Position numbers and translations under genes: made by a program. DNA of 64,000 nucleotides from the NCBI RefSeq assembly GCF_030013595.1, contig NZ_CP122768.1; one strand, 5' to 3'. How positions within the stretch are numbered: position 1 is the first letter of the stretch; each line of letters starts with the position of its first letter. Source of the stretch: Escherichia coli (GTDB lineage Bacteria; Pseudomonadota; Gammaproteobacteria; Enterobacterales; Enterobacteriaceae). The notes beneath the pieces were generated by a model. It was not told the DNA's origin and did no database searches. It saw only the letters and a list, made by a program, of their open reading frames with translations. Shown here in pieces: positions 25,176 through 39,780 of this stretch.

Positions 25176-25332
25176 TTAATCTTCGTCTTTCGAACCGCTA
25201 CTGCCTTGGCTGCCTTCACTCACCTTAGTCACTTACTTTTGTAAGCTCCCAAGGATTCGTTCAGTTGCCGCCTTGTCGCAATTCGAAATACTGCGATTGG
25301 GTGGTCTGTGCTTTGCAGCACTTTTCAAATTT

Positions 25333-25408
<76 letters not shown>

Positions 25409-25465
25409 GTACTACTTAATTTTGCTTTCGTAATTTTCGCATTTCTGCGTCGTTACGGGAGGCGC

Positions 25466-25493
25466 ATTATACGAGAAATCTTTCCCTCTGCAA
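25466..25493 (-). promoter_or_regulatory. Putative sigma-70 promoter of the glyVXY tRNA operon (stringent type)
   Basis: Minus strand reads TTGCAG, 16 nt, TATAAT, then GC-rich discriminator GCGCCTCCC, with an A/T-rich UP-like tract upstream; about 50 nt before the glyV 5' end. Confidence 0.5.
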
Positions 25494-25618
25494 CCCCCCT
25501 AAAAAATTTTTTTTGAGTTTTTATCTCAAGTGCTGAAATTATCAGCAAGGCGTTCAATTTAGCGTCAAAATCACGCCGCCGCAAGTGGATTCCGACGCTT
25601 ACGTGACCAGGAAAAATT

Positions 25619-26164
25619 TTACAGCTTGATAAAATGCTCGCGGTAGTAAGCCAGCTCCGCCACCGATTCACGGATATCATCCATCGCCTGATGCGTCCCC
25701 TGCTTGGTAAAACCATCCAGAATTTCCGGCTTCCAGCGGCGCGCCAGCTCTTTCAGGGTGCTGACATCGAGATAACGGTAGTGGAAGTAGGCTTCCAGCT
25801 CCGGCATATATTTAAACAGGAAGCGACGATCCTGGCCGATGCTGTTACCGCAAATCGGCGATTTTCCCGCAGGCACCCACTGTTTTAAAAATTCGAGCGT
25901 TGCCAGTTCAGCTTCACGATCGCCCATCGTGCTCGCTTTCACGCGCTCTACCAGCCCGCTGGCGGTATGGGTGCGCACGTTCCAGTCATCCATCAGCGCC
26001 AGTTGCTCATCAGACTGATGTACTGCAATGGTTGGCCCTTCTGCCAGAATATTCAGGTTGGCATCGGTCACCAGCGTGGCAATCTCAATAATGCGATCGC
26101 GCTCGGGATCCAGACCGGTCATCTCAAGATCGATCCAAATCAGGTTGTTTTCATTGGCACTCAT
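25619..26164 (-). CDS. orn: Oligoribonuclease Orn (DEDDh 3'-5' exonuclease), 181 aa
   Basis: ORF 25619..26308 trimmed to ATG at 26164 ([27 protein letters not shown]...). Confidence 0.9.
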
Positions 26165-26258
26165 GCTATTTTCCACCCATTCACAGTGACTATATTGATC
26201 CACAATTGCGTGTATCATAGATGTTTTGCCCATCAGGGGCGACCAGGAGTCTGTACGA

Positions 26259-27311
26259 TTGAGTAAAAATAAACTCTCCAAAGGCCAGCAGCGCCGCGTG
26301 AACGCCAATCACCAGCGTCGTCTTAAAACGTCTAAGGAGAAGCCCGACTACGATGACAATCTGTTTGGCGAGCCTGATGAAGGTATCGTCATCAGCCGCT
26401 TTGGTATGCACGCTGATGTGGAATCCGCCGATGGCGACGTTCACCGCTGCAATATTCGCCGTACCATCCGTTCGCTGGTGACCGGCGACCGCGTAGTCTG
26501 GCGTCCGGGTAAACCGGCGGCGGAAGGCGTAAATGTCAAAGGGATCGTCGAAGCGGTGCATGAGCGCACCTCGGTGTTAACGCGCCCGGACTTCTACGAT
26601 GGCGTGAAACCTATTGCCGCCAACATCGACCAGATTGTCATTGTCTCCGCCATTTTGCCGGAGCTGTCGCTCAATATTATCGACCGTTACCTGGTGGCCT
26701 GCGAAACCTTGCAGATTGAGCCGATTATTGTGCTCAACAAGATAGACCTGCTGGACGACGAAGGCATGGCATTCGTCAACGAGCAGATGGATATCTACCG
26801 CAATATCGGTTATCGCGTATTGATGGTTTCCAGCCATACTCAGGATGGGCTGAAACCGCTGGAAGAGGCGCTGACCGGGCGCATCAGCATTTTTGCCGGG
26901 CAGTCTGGCGTCGGTAAATCCAGCCTGCTGAACGCGTTGCTGGGGCTGCAAAAAGAGATCCTGACCAACGATGTCTCTGACAACTCGGGGCTTGGTCAGC
27001 ACACCACGACCGCCGCTCGGCTGTATCACTTCCCGCACGGCGGTGATGTGATTGACTCCCCAGGTGTGCGTGAGTTCGGCCTCTGGCACCTGGAGCCGGA
27101 ACAAATCACTCAGGGCTTTGTCGAATTCCATGACTACTTAGGTCTGTGTAAATATCGCGATTGCAAACACGATACCGATCCGGGCTGCGCTATCCGGGAA
27201 GCGGTTGAGGAAGGGAAAATCGCGGAAACCCGTTTCGAAAACTATCACCGTATTCTGGAAAGCATGGCGCAGGTAAAAACGCGTAAAAACTTTTCTGATA
27301 CGGATGACTGA
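26259..27311 (+). CDS. rsgA: Ribosome small-subunit biogenesis GTPase RsgA (YjeQ), 350 aa
   Basis: ORF 26226..27311; probable TTG start at 26259 giving (M)[12 protein letters not shown]..., with AGGAG about 10 nt upstream; GKSS P-loop and C-terminal Zn-finger Cys residues. Confidence 0.85.
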
Positions 27312-27407
27312 CAATTAAGCTAACCGTCGTTAGAATCGTCCCCTTTTTTTCAGGATCCGGCATGTAGGCCGGATCAGGAACGACAAAACAATGGCCTGGA
27401 GGCTACC

Positions 27408-28376
27408 TTGTTAAATTCATTTAAACTTTCGCTACAGTACATTCTGCCGAAACTATGGCTTACTCGCCTGGCGGGTTGGGGCGCAAGCAAGCGGGCAGGA
27501 TGGCTGACAAAACTGGTTATCGATCTGTTCGTTAAATACTACAAGGTCGACATGAAAGAGGCGCAAAAGCCGGATACCGCCAGCTACCGCACCTTTAACG
27601 AATTCTTTGTCCGTCCGCTGCGTGACGAAGTACGCCCAATCGATACCGATCCGAATGTACTGGTTATGCCTGCCGATGGCGTTATCAGCCAGTTGGGTAA
27701 AATCGAAGAAGATAAAATCCTGCAAGCCAAAGGCCACAACTACAGCCTCGAAGCCCTGCTGGCAGGCAACTATCTGATGGCGGACCTGTTCCGCAACGGT
27801 ACGTTTGTGACCACTTACCTCTCCCCGCGTGACTACCACCGCGTACACATGCCGTGCAACGGTATTCTGCGTGAGATGATCTACGTGCCAGGCGATCTCT
27901 TTTCCGTTAACCATCTCACCGCTCAGAACGTGCCGAATCTGTTTGCCCGTAACGAACGCGTGATCTGCCTGTTCGATACCGAATTTGGCCCAATGGCGCA
28001 GATTCTGGTCGGGGCGACGATTGTAGGCAGCATTGAGACGGTCTGGGCGGGCACCATTACGCCGCCGCGCGAAGGTATCATCAAGCGCTGGACCTGGCCT
28101 GCCGGGGAAAACGACGGTTCTGTGGCACTGCTGAAAGGCCAGGAAATGGGCCGCTTTAAACTCGGTTCCACCGTTATCAACCTGTTTGCACCGGGTAAAG
28201 TGAATCTGGTTGAGCAACTGGAAAGCCTGTCTGTCACGAAAATTGGCCAGCCGCTGGCAGTATCTACCGAAACCTTTGTTATGCCAGACGCTGAACCCGC
28301 CCCGCTTCCTGCTGAAGAGATCGAAGCAGAACACGACGCCAGCCCATTGGTTGACGACAAAAAAGACCAGGTCTAA
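27408..28376 (+). CDS. psd: Phosphatidylserine decarboxylase proenzyme Psd, 322 aa
   Basis: Intact ORF ([24 protein letters not shown]...). Confidence 0.95.
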   Translation: MLNSFKLSLQYILPKLWLTRLAGWGASKRAGWLTKLVIDLFVKYYKVDMKEAQKPDTASYRTFNEFFVRPLRDEVRPIDTDPNVLVMPADGVISQLGKIEEDKILQAKGHNYSLEALLAGNYLMADLFRNGTFVTTYLSPRDYHRVHMPCNGILREMIYVPGDLFSVNHLTAQNVPNLFARNERVICLFDTEFGPMAQILVGATIVGSIETVWAGTITPPREGIIKRWTWPAGENDGSVALLKGQEMGRFKLGSTVINLFAPGKVNLVEQLESLSVTKIGQPLAVSTETFVMPDAEPAPLPAEEIEAEHDASPLVDDKKDQV

Positions 28377-28397
28377 TCCATCAAAGGAAACGCTGAC

Positions 28398-31300
28398 GTG
28401 CGCCTGATTATCACTTTTCTGATGGCCTGGTGCCTCAGTTGGGGGGCGTACGCCGCGACGGCCCCCGATAGCAAACAAATCTCACAAGAACTGGAGCAGG
28501 CAAAAGCGGCGAAACCCGCGCAACCGGAAGTCGTAGAGGCGCTCCAGTCTGCCTTAAATGCGCTTGAGGAACGGAAAGGTTCCCTTGAGCGCATCAAGCA
28601 ATATCAAGAAGTTATTGATAATTATCCGAAACTCTCCGCTACTCTGCGCGCGCAATTAAACAACATGCGTGACGAGCCGCGCAGCGTGTCACCGGGAATG
28701 TCTACCGACGCGCTGAATCAGGAAATTCTCCAGGTCAGCAGCCAGTTGCTGGATAAAAGCCGTCAGGCCCAGCAAGAGCAGGAACGCGCCCGCGAGATTG
28801 CCGATTCGCTGAATCAACTGCCGCAACAGCAAACCGATGCCCGCCGTCAGTTAAATGAAATCGAGCGCCGCCTGGGGACGCTTACCGGCAATTCCCCGCT
28901 CAATCAGGCACAAAATTTCGCGTTGCAGTCTGACTCCGCACGCCTGAAAGCGCTCGTCGATGAACTGGAACTGGCGCAGCTGTCCGCCAATAACCGCCAG
29001 GAATTAGCGCGCTTACGCTCAGAGCTGGCGGAAAAAGAGAGCCAGCAGCTGGATGCGTATTTGCAGGCCTTACGTAATCAGTTGAACAGCCAACGTCAGC
29101 TTGAGGCGGAGCGGGCGCTGGAAAGTACCGAATTGCTGGCAGAAAACAGCGCCGATTTGCCGAAAGACATCGTCGCGCAATTCAAAATTAACCGCGAACT
29201 ATCGGCGGCTTTGAATCAACAGGCGCAGCGGATGGATCTCGTTGCCTCGCAACAGCGTCAGGCTGCCAGCCAGACGTTACAGGTCCGGCAGGCGTTGAAT
29301 ACGCTGCGTGAACAGTCGCAATGGCTGGGCTCGTCCAACCTGCTCGGCGAAGCGTTGCGGGCGCAGGTGGCACGGCTGCCGGAAATGCCAAAACCACAAC
29401 AGCTTGATACCGAAATGGCGCAGTTACGTGTGCAACGGTTACGTTATGAGGATCTGCTTAATAAACAGCCGCTGCTACGGCAAATCCATCAGGCCGACGG
29501 TCAGCCGCTGACCGCTGAGCAAAACCGTATTCTGGAAGCACAGCTACGCACTCAGCGTGAGTTGCTGAACTCATTGTTGCAGGGTGGCGACACGCTACTG
29601 CTGGAGCTGACCAAGCTGAAAGTCTCCAACGGGCAACTGGAGGATGCGCTGAAAGAGGTGAATGAAGCGACGCACCGCTATCTGTTCTGGACCTCTGACG
29701 TGCGCCCGATGACCATCGCCTGGCCGCTGGAAATCGCCCAGGATCTGCGTCGTCTCATTTCGCTGGACACCTTCAGTCAGTTGGGCAAAGCCAGTGTGAT
29801 GATGCTGACCAGTAAAGAGACAATTTTACCGCTGTTTGGCGCGTTGATTCTGGTCGGTTGCAGTATTTACTCACGCCGCTATTTCACCCGTTTTCTTGAA
29901 CGTTCGGCGGCGAAAGTCGGCAAAGTGACTCAGGATCACTTCTGGCTGACGTTACGCACTCTTTTCTGGTCGATTCTCGTCGCGTCACCGCTACCGGTGC
30001 TGTGGATGACGCTGGGTTACGGCTTGCGCGAGGCGTGGCCTTATCCGCTGGCGGTAGCGATTGGTGATGGCGTAACAGCCACCGTACCGCTGCTATGGGT
30101 AGTGATGATTTGCGCTACCTTTGCCCGCCCGAACGGCTTATTTATCGCTCATTTTGGCTGGCCGCGCGAACGGGTTTCCCGTGGGATGCGCTACTACCTG
30201 ATGAGCATTGGGCTTATCGTGCCGCTGATTATGGCGCTGATGATGTTCGATAATCTCGACGACCGCGAGTTTTCCGGTTCGCTGGGACGGCTTTGCTTTA
30301 TCCTCATTTGCGGTGCGCTGGCGGTGGTCACTCTCAGTCTGAAAAAGGCCGGGATCCCGCTGTATCTCAACAAAGAAGGCAGCGGCGACAACATTACCAA
30401 CCATATGCTGTGGAACATGATGATTGGCGCACCGCTGGTTGCCATTCTGGCGTCGGCGGTGGGTTATCTGGCAACGGCGCAGGCACTGTTAGCGAGGCTT
30501 GAAACCTCGGTTGCCATCTGGTTCCTGCTACTAGTGGTTTATCACGTTATCCGCCGCTGGATGCTGATCCAGCGCCGCAGGCTGGCGTTTGACCGGGCGA
30601 AGCATCGCCGGGCAGAGATGTTAGCGCAACGTGCGCGTGGCGAAGAGGAAGCTCATCATCACAGTAGCCCGGAAGGGGCAATTGAAGTCGATGAAAGCGA
30701 AGTCGATCTCGATGCCATCAGTGCGCAATCCTTGCGGCTGGTGCGCTCAATTTTGATGTTGATCGCCCTGCTTTCGGTCATTGTGCTGTGGTCAGAAATC
30801 CATTCCGCTTTCGGCTTCCTCGAAAATATTTCGCTGTGGGATGTCACCTCCACGGTACAGGGCGTAGAAAGTCTGGAGCCGATTACCCTCGGTGCGGTGC
30901 TGATTGCCATTCTGGTGTTTATCATCACCACGCAGCTGGTGCGCAACCTGCCCGCGCTGCTGGAACTGGCGATTTTGCAGCACCTGGATTTAACGCCGGG
31001 TACAGGTTACGCCATCACCACCATCACCAAATATCTGCTGATGCTGATTGGCGGGCTGGTCGGCTTCTCAATGATTGGTATTGAGTGGTCGAAATTGCAG
31101 TGGCTGGTCGCCGCGCTCGGTGTTGGTCTCGGTTTTGGTTTGCAGGAAATTTTCGCCAACTTTATCTCTGGCCTGATCATCCTGTTCGAAAAACCGATTC
31201 GCATTGGCGATACGGTAACGATCCGCGATCTTACTGGTAGCGTGACGAAAATTAACACCCGCGCCACCACCATCAGCGACTGGGACCGTAAAGAGATAAT

Positions 31301-31721
31301 CGTGCCGAACAAGGCGTTTATTACCGAGCAGTTTATCAACTGGTCGCTCTCTGACTCGGTCACGCGCGTGGTGTTGACGATTCCGGCCCCTGCCGATGCC
31401 AACAGTGAAGAAGTGACGGAAATCCTGCTCACCGCAGCGCGTCGCTGCTCGCTGGTGATCGACAACCCGGCACCGGAAGTCTTCCTGGTGGATCTGCAAC
31501 AGGGGATTCAGATTTTCGAGCTGCGTATTTACGCCGCTGAGATGGGTCACCGTATGCCGCTACGCCATGAGATCCACCAGCTAATTCTGGCAGGCTTCCA
31601 TGCCCACGGTATCGATATGCCATTCCCGCCCTTCCAGATGCGTCTGGAAAGCCTCAACGGTAAACAAACGGGGAGAACATTAACTTCTGCGGGCAAAGGT
31701 CGTCAGGCGGGAAGTTTGTAA
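28398..31721 (+). CDS. mscM: Miniconductance mechanosensitive channel MscM (YjeP), MscS/MscK family, 1107 aa
   Basis: Intact ORF with GTG start; signal peptide, long Gln-rich coiled-coil periplasmic region, multi-TM region and MscS-like C-terminal domain. Confidence 0.9.
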   Translation: MRLIITFLMAWCLSWGAYAATAPDSKQISQELEQAKAAKPAQPEVVEALQSALNALEERKGSLERIKQYQEVIDNYPKLSATLRAQLNNMRDEPRSVSPGMSTDALNQEILQVSSQLLDKSRQAQQEQERAREIADSLNQLPQQQTDARRQLNEIERRLGTLTGNSPLNQAQNFALQSDSARLKALVDELELAQLSANNRQELARLRSELAEKESQQLDAYLQALRNQLNSQRQLEAERALESTELLAENSADLPKDIVAQFKINRELSAALNQQAQRMDLVASQQRQAASQTLQVRQALNTLREQSQWLGSSNLLGEALRAQVARLPEMPKPQQLDTEMAQLRVQRLRYEDLLNKQPLLRQIHQADGQPLTAEQNRILEAQLRTQRELLNSLLQGGDTLLLELTKLKVSNGQLEDALKEVNEATHRYLFWTSDVRPMTIAWPLEIAQDLRRLISLDTFSQLGKASVMMLTSKETILPLFGALILVGCSIYSRRYFTRFLERSAAKVGKVTQDHFWLTLRTLFWSILVASPLPVLWMTLGYGLREAWPYPLAVAIGDGVTATVPLLWVVMICATFARPNGLFIAHFGWPRERVSRGMRYYLMSIGLIVPLIMALMMFDNLDDREFSGSLGRLCFILICGALAVVTLSLKKAGIPLYLNKEGSGDNITNHMLWNMMIGAPLVAILASAVGYLATAQALLARLETSVAIWFLLLVVYHVIRRWMLIQRRRLAFDRAKHRRAEMLAQRARGEEEAHHHSSPEGAIEVDESEVDLDAISAQSLRLVRSILMLIALLSVIVLWSEIHSAFGFLENISLWDVTSTVQGVESLEPITLGAVLIAILVFIITTQLVRNLPALLELAILQHLDLTPGTGYAITTITKYLLMLIGGLVGFSMIGIEWSKLQWLVAALGVGLGFGLQEIFANFISGLIILFEKPIRIGDTVTIRDLTGSVTKINTRATTISDWDRKEIIVPNKAFITEQFINWSLSDSVTRVVLTIPAPADANSEEVTEILLTAARRCSLVIDNPAPEVFLVDLQQGIQIFELRIYAAEMGHRMPLRHEIHQLILAGFHAHGIDMPFPPFQMRLESLNGKQTGRTLTSAGKGRQAGSL

Positions 31722-31749
31722 GGTTTTGTGCCGGATGAACCCATCCGGC

Positions 31750-32064
31750 TCACAAACAAAACTGATAGCGCAGAAAAAACTGCCACAGCCAGTAGCCGAA
31801 AATAGCCAGCGCGGTGGCGTACATAAACCAGCCGCGTTTTTTTCGCCACAAAGCGAACCAGAGAAAAGGGAAAAAGAGCGGTAACGTCATTATCACACCG
31901 ACATCGCGAGTATCGTCATCTTCGAGATACATCAAAACATCACAGACGTTGTTAATCCCGCGTCCATCAATCATCCACTCTTTGTCCAGCGCGGAGGTAA
32001 TGGTTATCCAGAGGAACGCCACAATGAACCAGATGCAGCACAAGACAAACATGCGCGCACTCAT
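31750..32064 (-). CDS. yjeO: Small inner-membrane protein YjeO, 104 aa
   Basis: Intact hydrophobic ORF between mscM and yjeM. Confidence 0.75.
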   Translation of the reverse strand: MSARMFVLCCIWFIVAFLWITITSALDKEWMIDGRGINNVCDVLMYLEDDDTRDVGVIMTLPLFFPFLWFALWRKKRGWFMYATALAIFGYWLWQFFLRYQFCL

Positions 32065-32161
32065 GAGATAACCCGTAGTTTAATTTCGCTATAGCACATA
32101 CGAAATCCCACTAATTCCCTGTCATTGCGCCCTATCGTCAGACAGACGATAGGGCATCGGG

Positions 32162-33664
32162 TTATTCCACCACCCACTGCGGATTTTTTGCCACTCTGCT
32201 GCAATAGTTCTGGTAAATCGCCATCGCTAACAGCGAGAAGAAGACAGGGCCGCCAATCATCCACAATGTGCTGTCCCAGTCTCCGGCTTCAACCACAGGT
32301 TGAATGATGGTGAAGACGTTCGCAAATGTCACAACCAGTACGACAACCACCGTCGCAATCATTGCCGACATACGCGTTTTGAAAATCACAAACGGTCTGT
32401 CGAGATCCTGACGTGCTTTAAAGAATGGGAAAGCCAGCGCGAGGAACAAGTAAGGAAGCGTCATAGACACGTTCGCCATCAGAGTCAGTTTGTTAAAGAA
32501 CGCCGATGCGGTGCCACCGCCAAACGAAACCAGCAGGATGAAGACAGTAACCAGCCCGCACTGCATCCACATGGCGATAGACGGCATACCCATCGTATTC
32601 AGGCGCGTCATCGGTTCCGGCCACAATGCTTTCGGCGTTCCCTGGATGATGGCTTTCAGCGGTGAATAGCAAAGCGTAAAGAACGCACCGGTATAAGCGA
32701 GGAACATCGAAAGCCCGGTAATACGCGCAAACCATACGCCCAGCGACAATGACGCTTCTGGTGACAAATGCAGTGCGTTACCCAGCGTCACCCCGAGGCT
32801 CTTCATCAGCACATAGGTAATATTGCCGAGGTTAACGGAACCATTACTTAATACCTGCTGCCAGTTTGTGCTGACGCCCCATAAAAATATTGCCAGCGAA
32901 TAACCGATTGAAATAACAATAGCGGCAAAAACAATACCTTTGGCAAAGTTCTTTTCTGGATTTTCCGTTTTATCGACCAGACCACCAACCGCTTCAATTC
33001 CGCCATAGGCAAAAATAGCAAATACCACAAACGATAGCATTGCCAGACCGGACTGATAACCCGGGTTCGGTGATGCAAGGAAATTAATATCCTGCGCGAA
33101 ATGCCCACCATTTAATAACAAAATAGTAATGCTTACTAACAGCAATACTAAATTCAGACACATTACTGCAATACCGCCCACCGCAGTAATGCGGGCAATT
33201 TTATTAATCCCTTTTGAAGCAACGACGGTGACCAGAATCATCCATGCCACTGCCAGCAGACCAACCACCTGCGTAGGCTCCAGTCCGGCAATATGCCAGT
33301 GCTGGGTCATGTCGCTACCATAGAGGAATGTTGAGAACGGTACCCAAACTTTCGCGGAGGTACTCACCATCCAGATGATATAAGAGGAAAACCACATAAA
33401 CGTACCAATGAAGGCAAAACGTGGTCCGACACTATTATTCATCCAGGAATAGATACCGCCTTCTTCTTTGCGATAAGCAGCTCCCATTTCAGCCATCATT
33501 AAGGCGAATGGAATAAAGAATAACAATGCAGAAAATATATAAAAGGGAATCGCACTATAACCCATTAAGTAATAAGCCGATGGGCTATTGGCAAATCCAA
33601 ATACGGAAGTAAAGATCATCAATATGAGTCCTATCAGACTCATCTTTTTTATCGTGTGAGGCAT
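32162..33664 (-). CDS. yjeM: Amino-acid/polyamine (APC-superfamily) transporter YjeM, 500 aa
   Basis: ORF 32162..33706 trimmed to ATG at 33664 (MPHTIKKMSLIGL...); polytopic membrane protein. Confidence 0.85.
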   Translation of the reverse strand: MPHTIKKMSLIGLILMIFTSVFGFANSPSAYYLMGYSAIPFYIFSALLFFIPFALMMAEMGAAYRKEEGGIYSWMNNSVGPRFAFIGTFMWFSSYIIWMVSTSAKVWVPFSTFLYGSDMTQHWHIAGLEPTQVVGLLAVAWMILVTVVASKGINKIARITAVGGIAVMCLNLVLLLVSITILLLNGGHFAQDINFLASPNPGYQSGLAMLSFVVFAIFAYGGIEAVGGLVDKTENPEKNFAKGIVFAAIVISIGYSLAIFLWGVSTNWQQVLSNGSVNLGNITYVLMKSLGVTLGNALHLSPEASLSLGVWFARITGLSMFLAYTGAFFTLCYSPLKAIIQGTPKALWPEPMTRLNTMGMPSIAMWMQCGLVTVFILLVSFGGGTASAFFNKLTLMANVSMTLPYLFLALAFPFFKARQDLDRPFVIFKTRMSAMIATVVVVLVVTFANVFTIIQPVVEAGDWDSTLWMIGGPVFFSLLAMAIYQNYCSRVAKNPQWVVE

Positions 33665-33882
33665 GAAACCATCCTTCATTTCAGCGCGTGTATAAAACGC
33701 GCCCACTGAACTGCACTGCCCAACATTGAGCGGGCAGCGTAAAAACCAATACAGAATTGATACCTGGATGATATCAAATATCCAGTCTTAAATTGTGGCC
33801 TTTAGCGGAAAAATGAAAACATATGCTACAGAATGGCGCTTATCACGCCATTCTTCGCGGTTAATTCAGTAATTTTTCAGAA

Positions 33883-34860
33883 TTATGCCCGGTCAACGCT
33901 AAAGGCGATGACTTCAGCCAGTGTCTCCGCGCCCAGCGCCAACATCACCAGACGATCAACACCTAATGCCACGCCGGAACAGTCAGGCATACCGACTTTC
34001 AAGGCTTCAATCAGATTCTGGTCAATGGGGTGCTGCGGCAAACCGCGCGCCGCGCGCTTACGGTTATCTTGTTCAAAGCGTTGTTGCTGCTCACGGGCAT
34101 CCGTCAATTCATGGAAACCATTCGCCAGCTCAATACCTTTATAATAAACCTCAAAGCGTTCAGCGACCCGATGATCTTCGGTACTGATTTGCGCCAGTGA
34201 TGCCTGGCTGGCTGGAAAGTGGTACACAAAGGTCGGTTTTTCTTTGCCAATATTTGGCTCTACGCCAAAGGTAAACAGCAATTGTAGAAGCGTGTCGCGG
34301 TCTTCTTCAGTATCGGCAACGTTGCTCAAATCCAGTTTCGCTGCCACTTCCCGCAGTTGCGTTTTGTCGGCAGAGAGTGGGTCAATTTCCAGATAACGCA
34401 AGAAAGCTTGTTGATAAGAAAGGCTTTCTGCTGCCGGGCAGTCCAGCACTTGTTGTAAGAGATCGTCCACCTCGTTCATCAACCGGTACATATCATAGTG
34501 CGGTCGATACCACTCAAGCATAGTGAACTCAGGGTTGTGATAACGCCCCATCTCTTCATTACGGAAGCTGCGGCACAGCTGGAATACCGGCCCACAACCG
34601 GCAACCAGCAGGCGTTTCATATGGTATTCCGGGCTGGTCATTAACCAGAGATTCATCCCCTGCGAATGCCCAGGGCCAACGAAACGTGTCTCAAACGGGA
34701 CCAAATGAATATCGGTTACCGTCGCCTGGCTCATACAAGGCGTCTCCACCTCCAGCACTCCACGATCGGCAAAGAAACGACGGATCTCCGCCATAATCGC
34801 CGCGCGTTTTAATAAGTTAGGAATGGATGCGCTCGGCTGCCAGGATGCCGTTTCGCTCAT
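33883..34860 (-). CDS. epmA: EF-P lysine-34 beta-lysyltransferase EpmA (PoxA/YjeA/GenX; class II LysRS paralogue), 325 aa
   Basis: ORF 33883..34905 trimmed to ATG at 34860 ([30 protein letters not shown]...). Confidence 0.9.
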   Translation of the reverse strand: MSETASWQPSASIPNLLKRAAIMAEIRRFFADRGVLEVETPCMSQATVTDIHLVPFETRFVGPGHSQGMNLWLMTSPEYHMKRLLVAGCGPVFQLCRSFRNEEMGRYHNPEFTMLEWYRPHYDMYRLMNEVDDLLQQVLDCPAAESLSYQQAFLRYLEIDPLSADKTQLREVAAKLDLSNVADTEEDRDTLLQLLFTFGVEPNIGKEKPTFVYHFPASQASLAQISTEDHRVAERFEVYYKGIELANGFHELTDAREQQQRFEQDNRKRAARGLPQHPIDQNLIEALKVGMPDCSGVALGVDRLVMLALGAETLAEVIAFSVDRA

Positions 34861-35035
34861 AGTTAAATCTCCAGTTTTTGACAAGGGCACGAAGTCTACT
34901 CGCAACGCGACGGCGAGACAAATTTTACGCAGGAATCAAACAAGGGTGGGCAGTGACTAAAAAAAGCACGATCTGATGGTTTAGTAATTAAATTAATCAT
35001 CTTCAGTGATAATTTAGCCCTCTTGCGCACTAAAA

Positions 35036-35079
35036 AAATCGATCTCGTCAAATTTCAGACTTATCCATCAGACTATACT
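35036..35079 (+). promoter_or_regulatory. Putative frdABCD promoter: FNR-type half-sites plus -10
   Basis: aaatcGATCtcgTCAAa at 35036-35053 resembles TTGAT-N4-ATCAA; TATACT at 35074-35079 sits about 30 bp downstream, consistent with a class II activator. Confidence 0.45.
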
Positions 35080-35184
35080 GTTGTACCTATAAAGGAGCAG
35101 TGGAATAGCGTTCGCAGACCGTAACTTTCAGGCACTTACCCTGAAGTACGGGGCTGTGGGATAAAAACAATCTGGAGGAATGTC

Positions 35185-36985
35185 GTGCAAACCTTTCAAG
35201 CCGATCTTGCCATTGTAGGCGCCGGTGGCGCGGGATTACGTGCTGCAATTGCTGCCGCGCAGGCAAATCCAAATGCAAAAATCGCACTAATCTCAAAAGT
35301 ATACCCGATGCGTAGCCATACCGTTGCTGCAGAAGGGGGCTCCGCCGCTGTCGCGCAGGATCATGACAGCTTCGAATATCACTTTCACGATACAGTAGCG
35401 GGTGGCGACTGGTTGTGTGAGCAGGATGTCGTGGATTATTTCGTCCACCACTGCCCAACCGAAATGACCCAACTGGAACTGTGGGGATGCCCATGGAGCC
35501 GTCGCCCGGATGGTAGCGTCAACGTACGTCGCTTCGGCGGCATGAAAATCGAGCGTACCTGGTTCGCCGCCGATAAGACCGGCTTCCATATGCTGCACAC
35601 GCTGTTCCAGACCTCTCTGCAATTCCCGCAGATCCAGCGTTTTGACGAACATTTCGTGCTGGATATTCTGGTTGATGATGGTCATATTCGCGGCCTGGTA
35701 GCAATGAACATGATGGAAGGCACGCTGGTGCAGATCCGTGCTAACGCGGTCGTTATGGCTACCGGCGGTGCAGGTCGCGTTTATCGTTACAACACCAACG
35801 GCGGCATCGTTACCGGTGACGGTATGGGTATGGCGCTAAGCCACGGCGTTCCTCTGCGTGACATGGAATTCGTTCAGTATCACCCAACCGGTCTGCCCGG
35901 TTCCGGTATCCTGATGACAGAAGGCTGCCGCGGTGAAGGTGGTATTCTGGTCAACAAAAATGGCTACCGTTATCTGCAAGATTACGGCATGGGCCCGGAA
36001 ACTCCGCTGGGCGAGCCGAAAAACAAATATATGGAACTGGGGCCACGCGACAAAGTTTCTCAGGCCTTCTGGCACGAATGGCGTAAAGGCAACACCATCT
36101 CCACGCCGCGTGGCGATGTGGTTTATCTCGACCTGCGTCACCTCGGCGAGAAAAAACTGCATGAACGTCTGCCGTTCATCTGCGAACTGGCGAAAGCGTA
36201 CGTTGGCGTCGATCCGGTTAAAGAACCGATTCCGGTACGTCCGACCGCACACTACACCATGGGCGGTATCGAAACCGATCAGAACTGTGAAACCCGCATT
36301 AAAGGTCTGTTCGCCGTGGGTGAATGTTCCTCTGTTGGTCTGCACGGTGCAAACCGTCTGGGCTCCAACTCCCTGGCGGAACTGGTGGTCTTCGGTCGTC
36401 TGGCCGGTGAGCAAGCGACAGAGCGTGCAGCAACTGCTGGTAATGGCAACGAAGCGGCAATTGAAGCGCAGGCAGCTGGCGTTGAACAACGTCTGAAAGA
36501 TCTGGTTAACCAGGATGGCGGCGAAAACTGGGCGAAGATCCGCGACGAAATGGGCCTGGCTATGGAAGAAGGTTGCGGTATCTACCGTACGCCGGAACTG
36601 ATGCAGAAAACCATCGACAAGCTGGCTGAGCTGCAGGAACGCTTCAAGCGCGTGCGCATCACTGACACTTCCAGCGTGTTCAACACCGACCTGCTCTACA
36701 CCATTGAACTGGGCCACGGTCTGAACGTTGCTGAATGTATGGCGCACTCCGCAATGGCACGTAAAGAGTCCCGCGGCGCACACCAGCGTCTGGACGAAGG
36801 TTGCACCGAGCGTGACGACGTCAACTTCCTCAAACACACCCTCGCCTTCCGCGATGCTGATGGCACGACTCGCCTGGAGTACAGCGACGTGAAGATTACT
36901 ACGCTGCCGCCAGCTAAACGTGTTTACGGTGGCGAAGCGGATGCAGCCGATAAGGCGGAAGCAGCCAATAAGAAGGAGAAGGCGA

Positions 36986-36993
<8 letters not shown>
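35185..36993 (+). CDS. frdA: Fumarate reductase flavoprotein subunit FrdA, 602 aa
   Basis: Intact ORF with GTG start ([21 protein letters not shown]...); FAD dinucleotide-binding motif. Confidence 0.97.
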
Positions 36994-38126
<1,133 letters not shown>

Positions 38127-38136
38127 GGAGCCTGAG

Positions 38137-39692
<1,556 letters not shown>

Positions 39693-39780
39693 AATTTCAT
39701 CGGGTCCGAATTTTTGGACCTTTTCTCCGCTTTTCCTTGCTGTCATCTACAATTAGAAAAAAACCAGTAAGGAAACATTT

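Noticed and set aside
27453-28478. 341-aa ORF on the minus strand
   Set aside because: Antisense to psd and the start of mscM; spans two genes on the opposite strand, so it is an artefact of an open antisense frame.
32065-32161. Expected small gene yjeN between yjeO and yjeM
   Set aside because: Only 97 bp separate yjeO and yjeM and no ORF fits; the plus-strand 85-aa ORF at 31814..32071 is antisense to yjeO. I could not place yjeN with confidence.
35836-36837. 333-aa ORF on the minus strand
   Set aside because: Antisense to frdA; frdA has the flavoprotein motifs.
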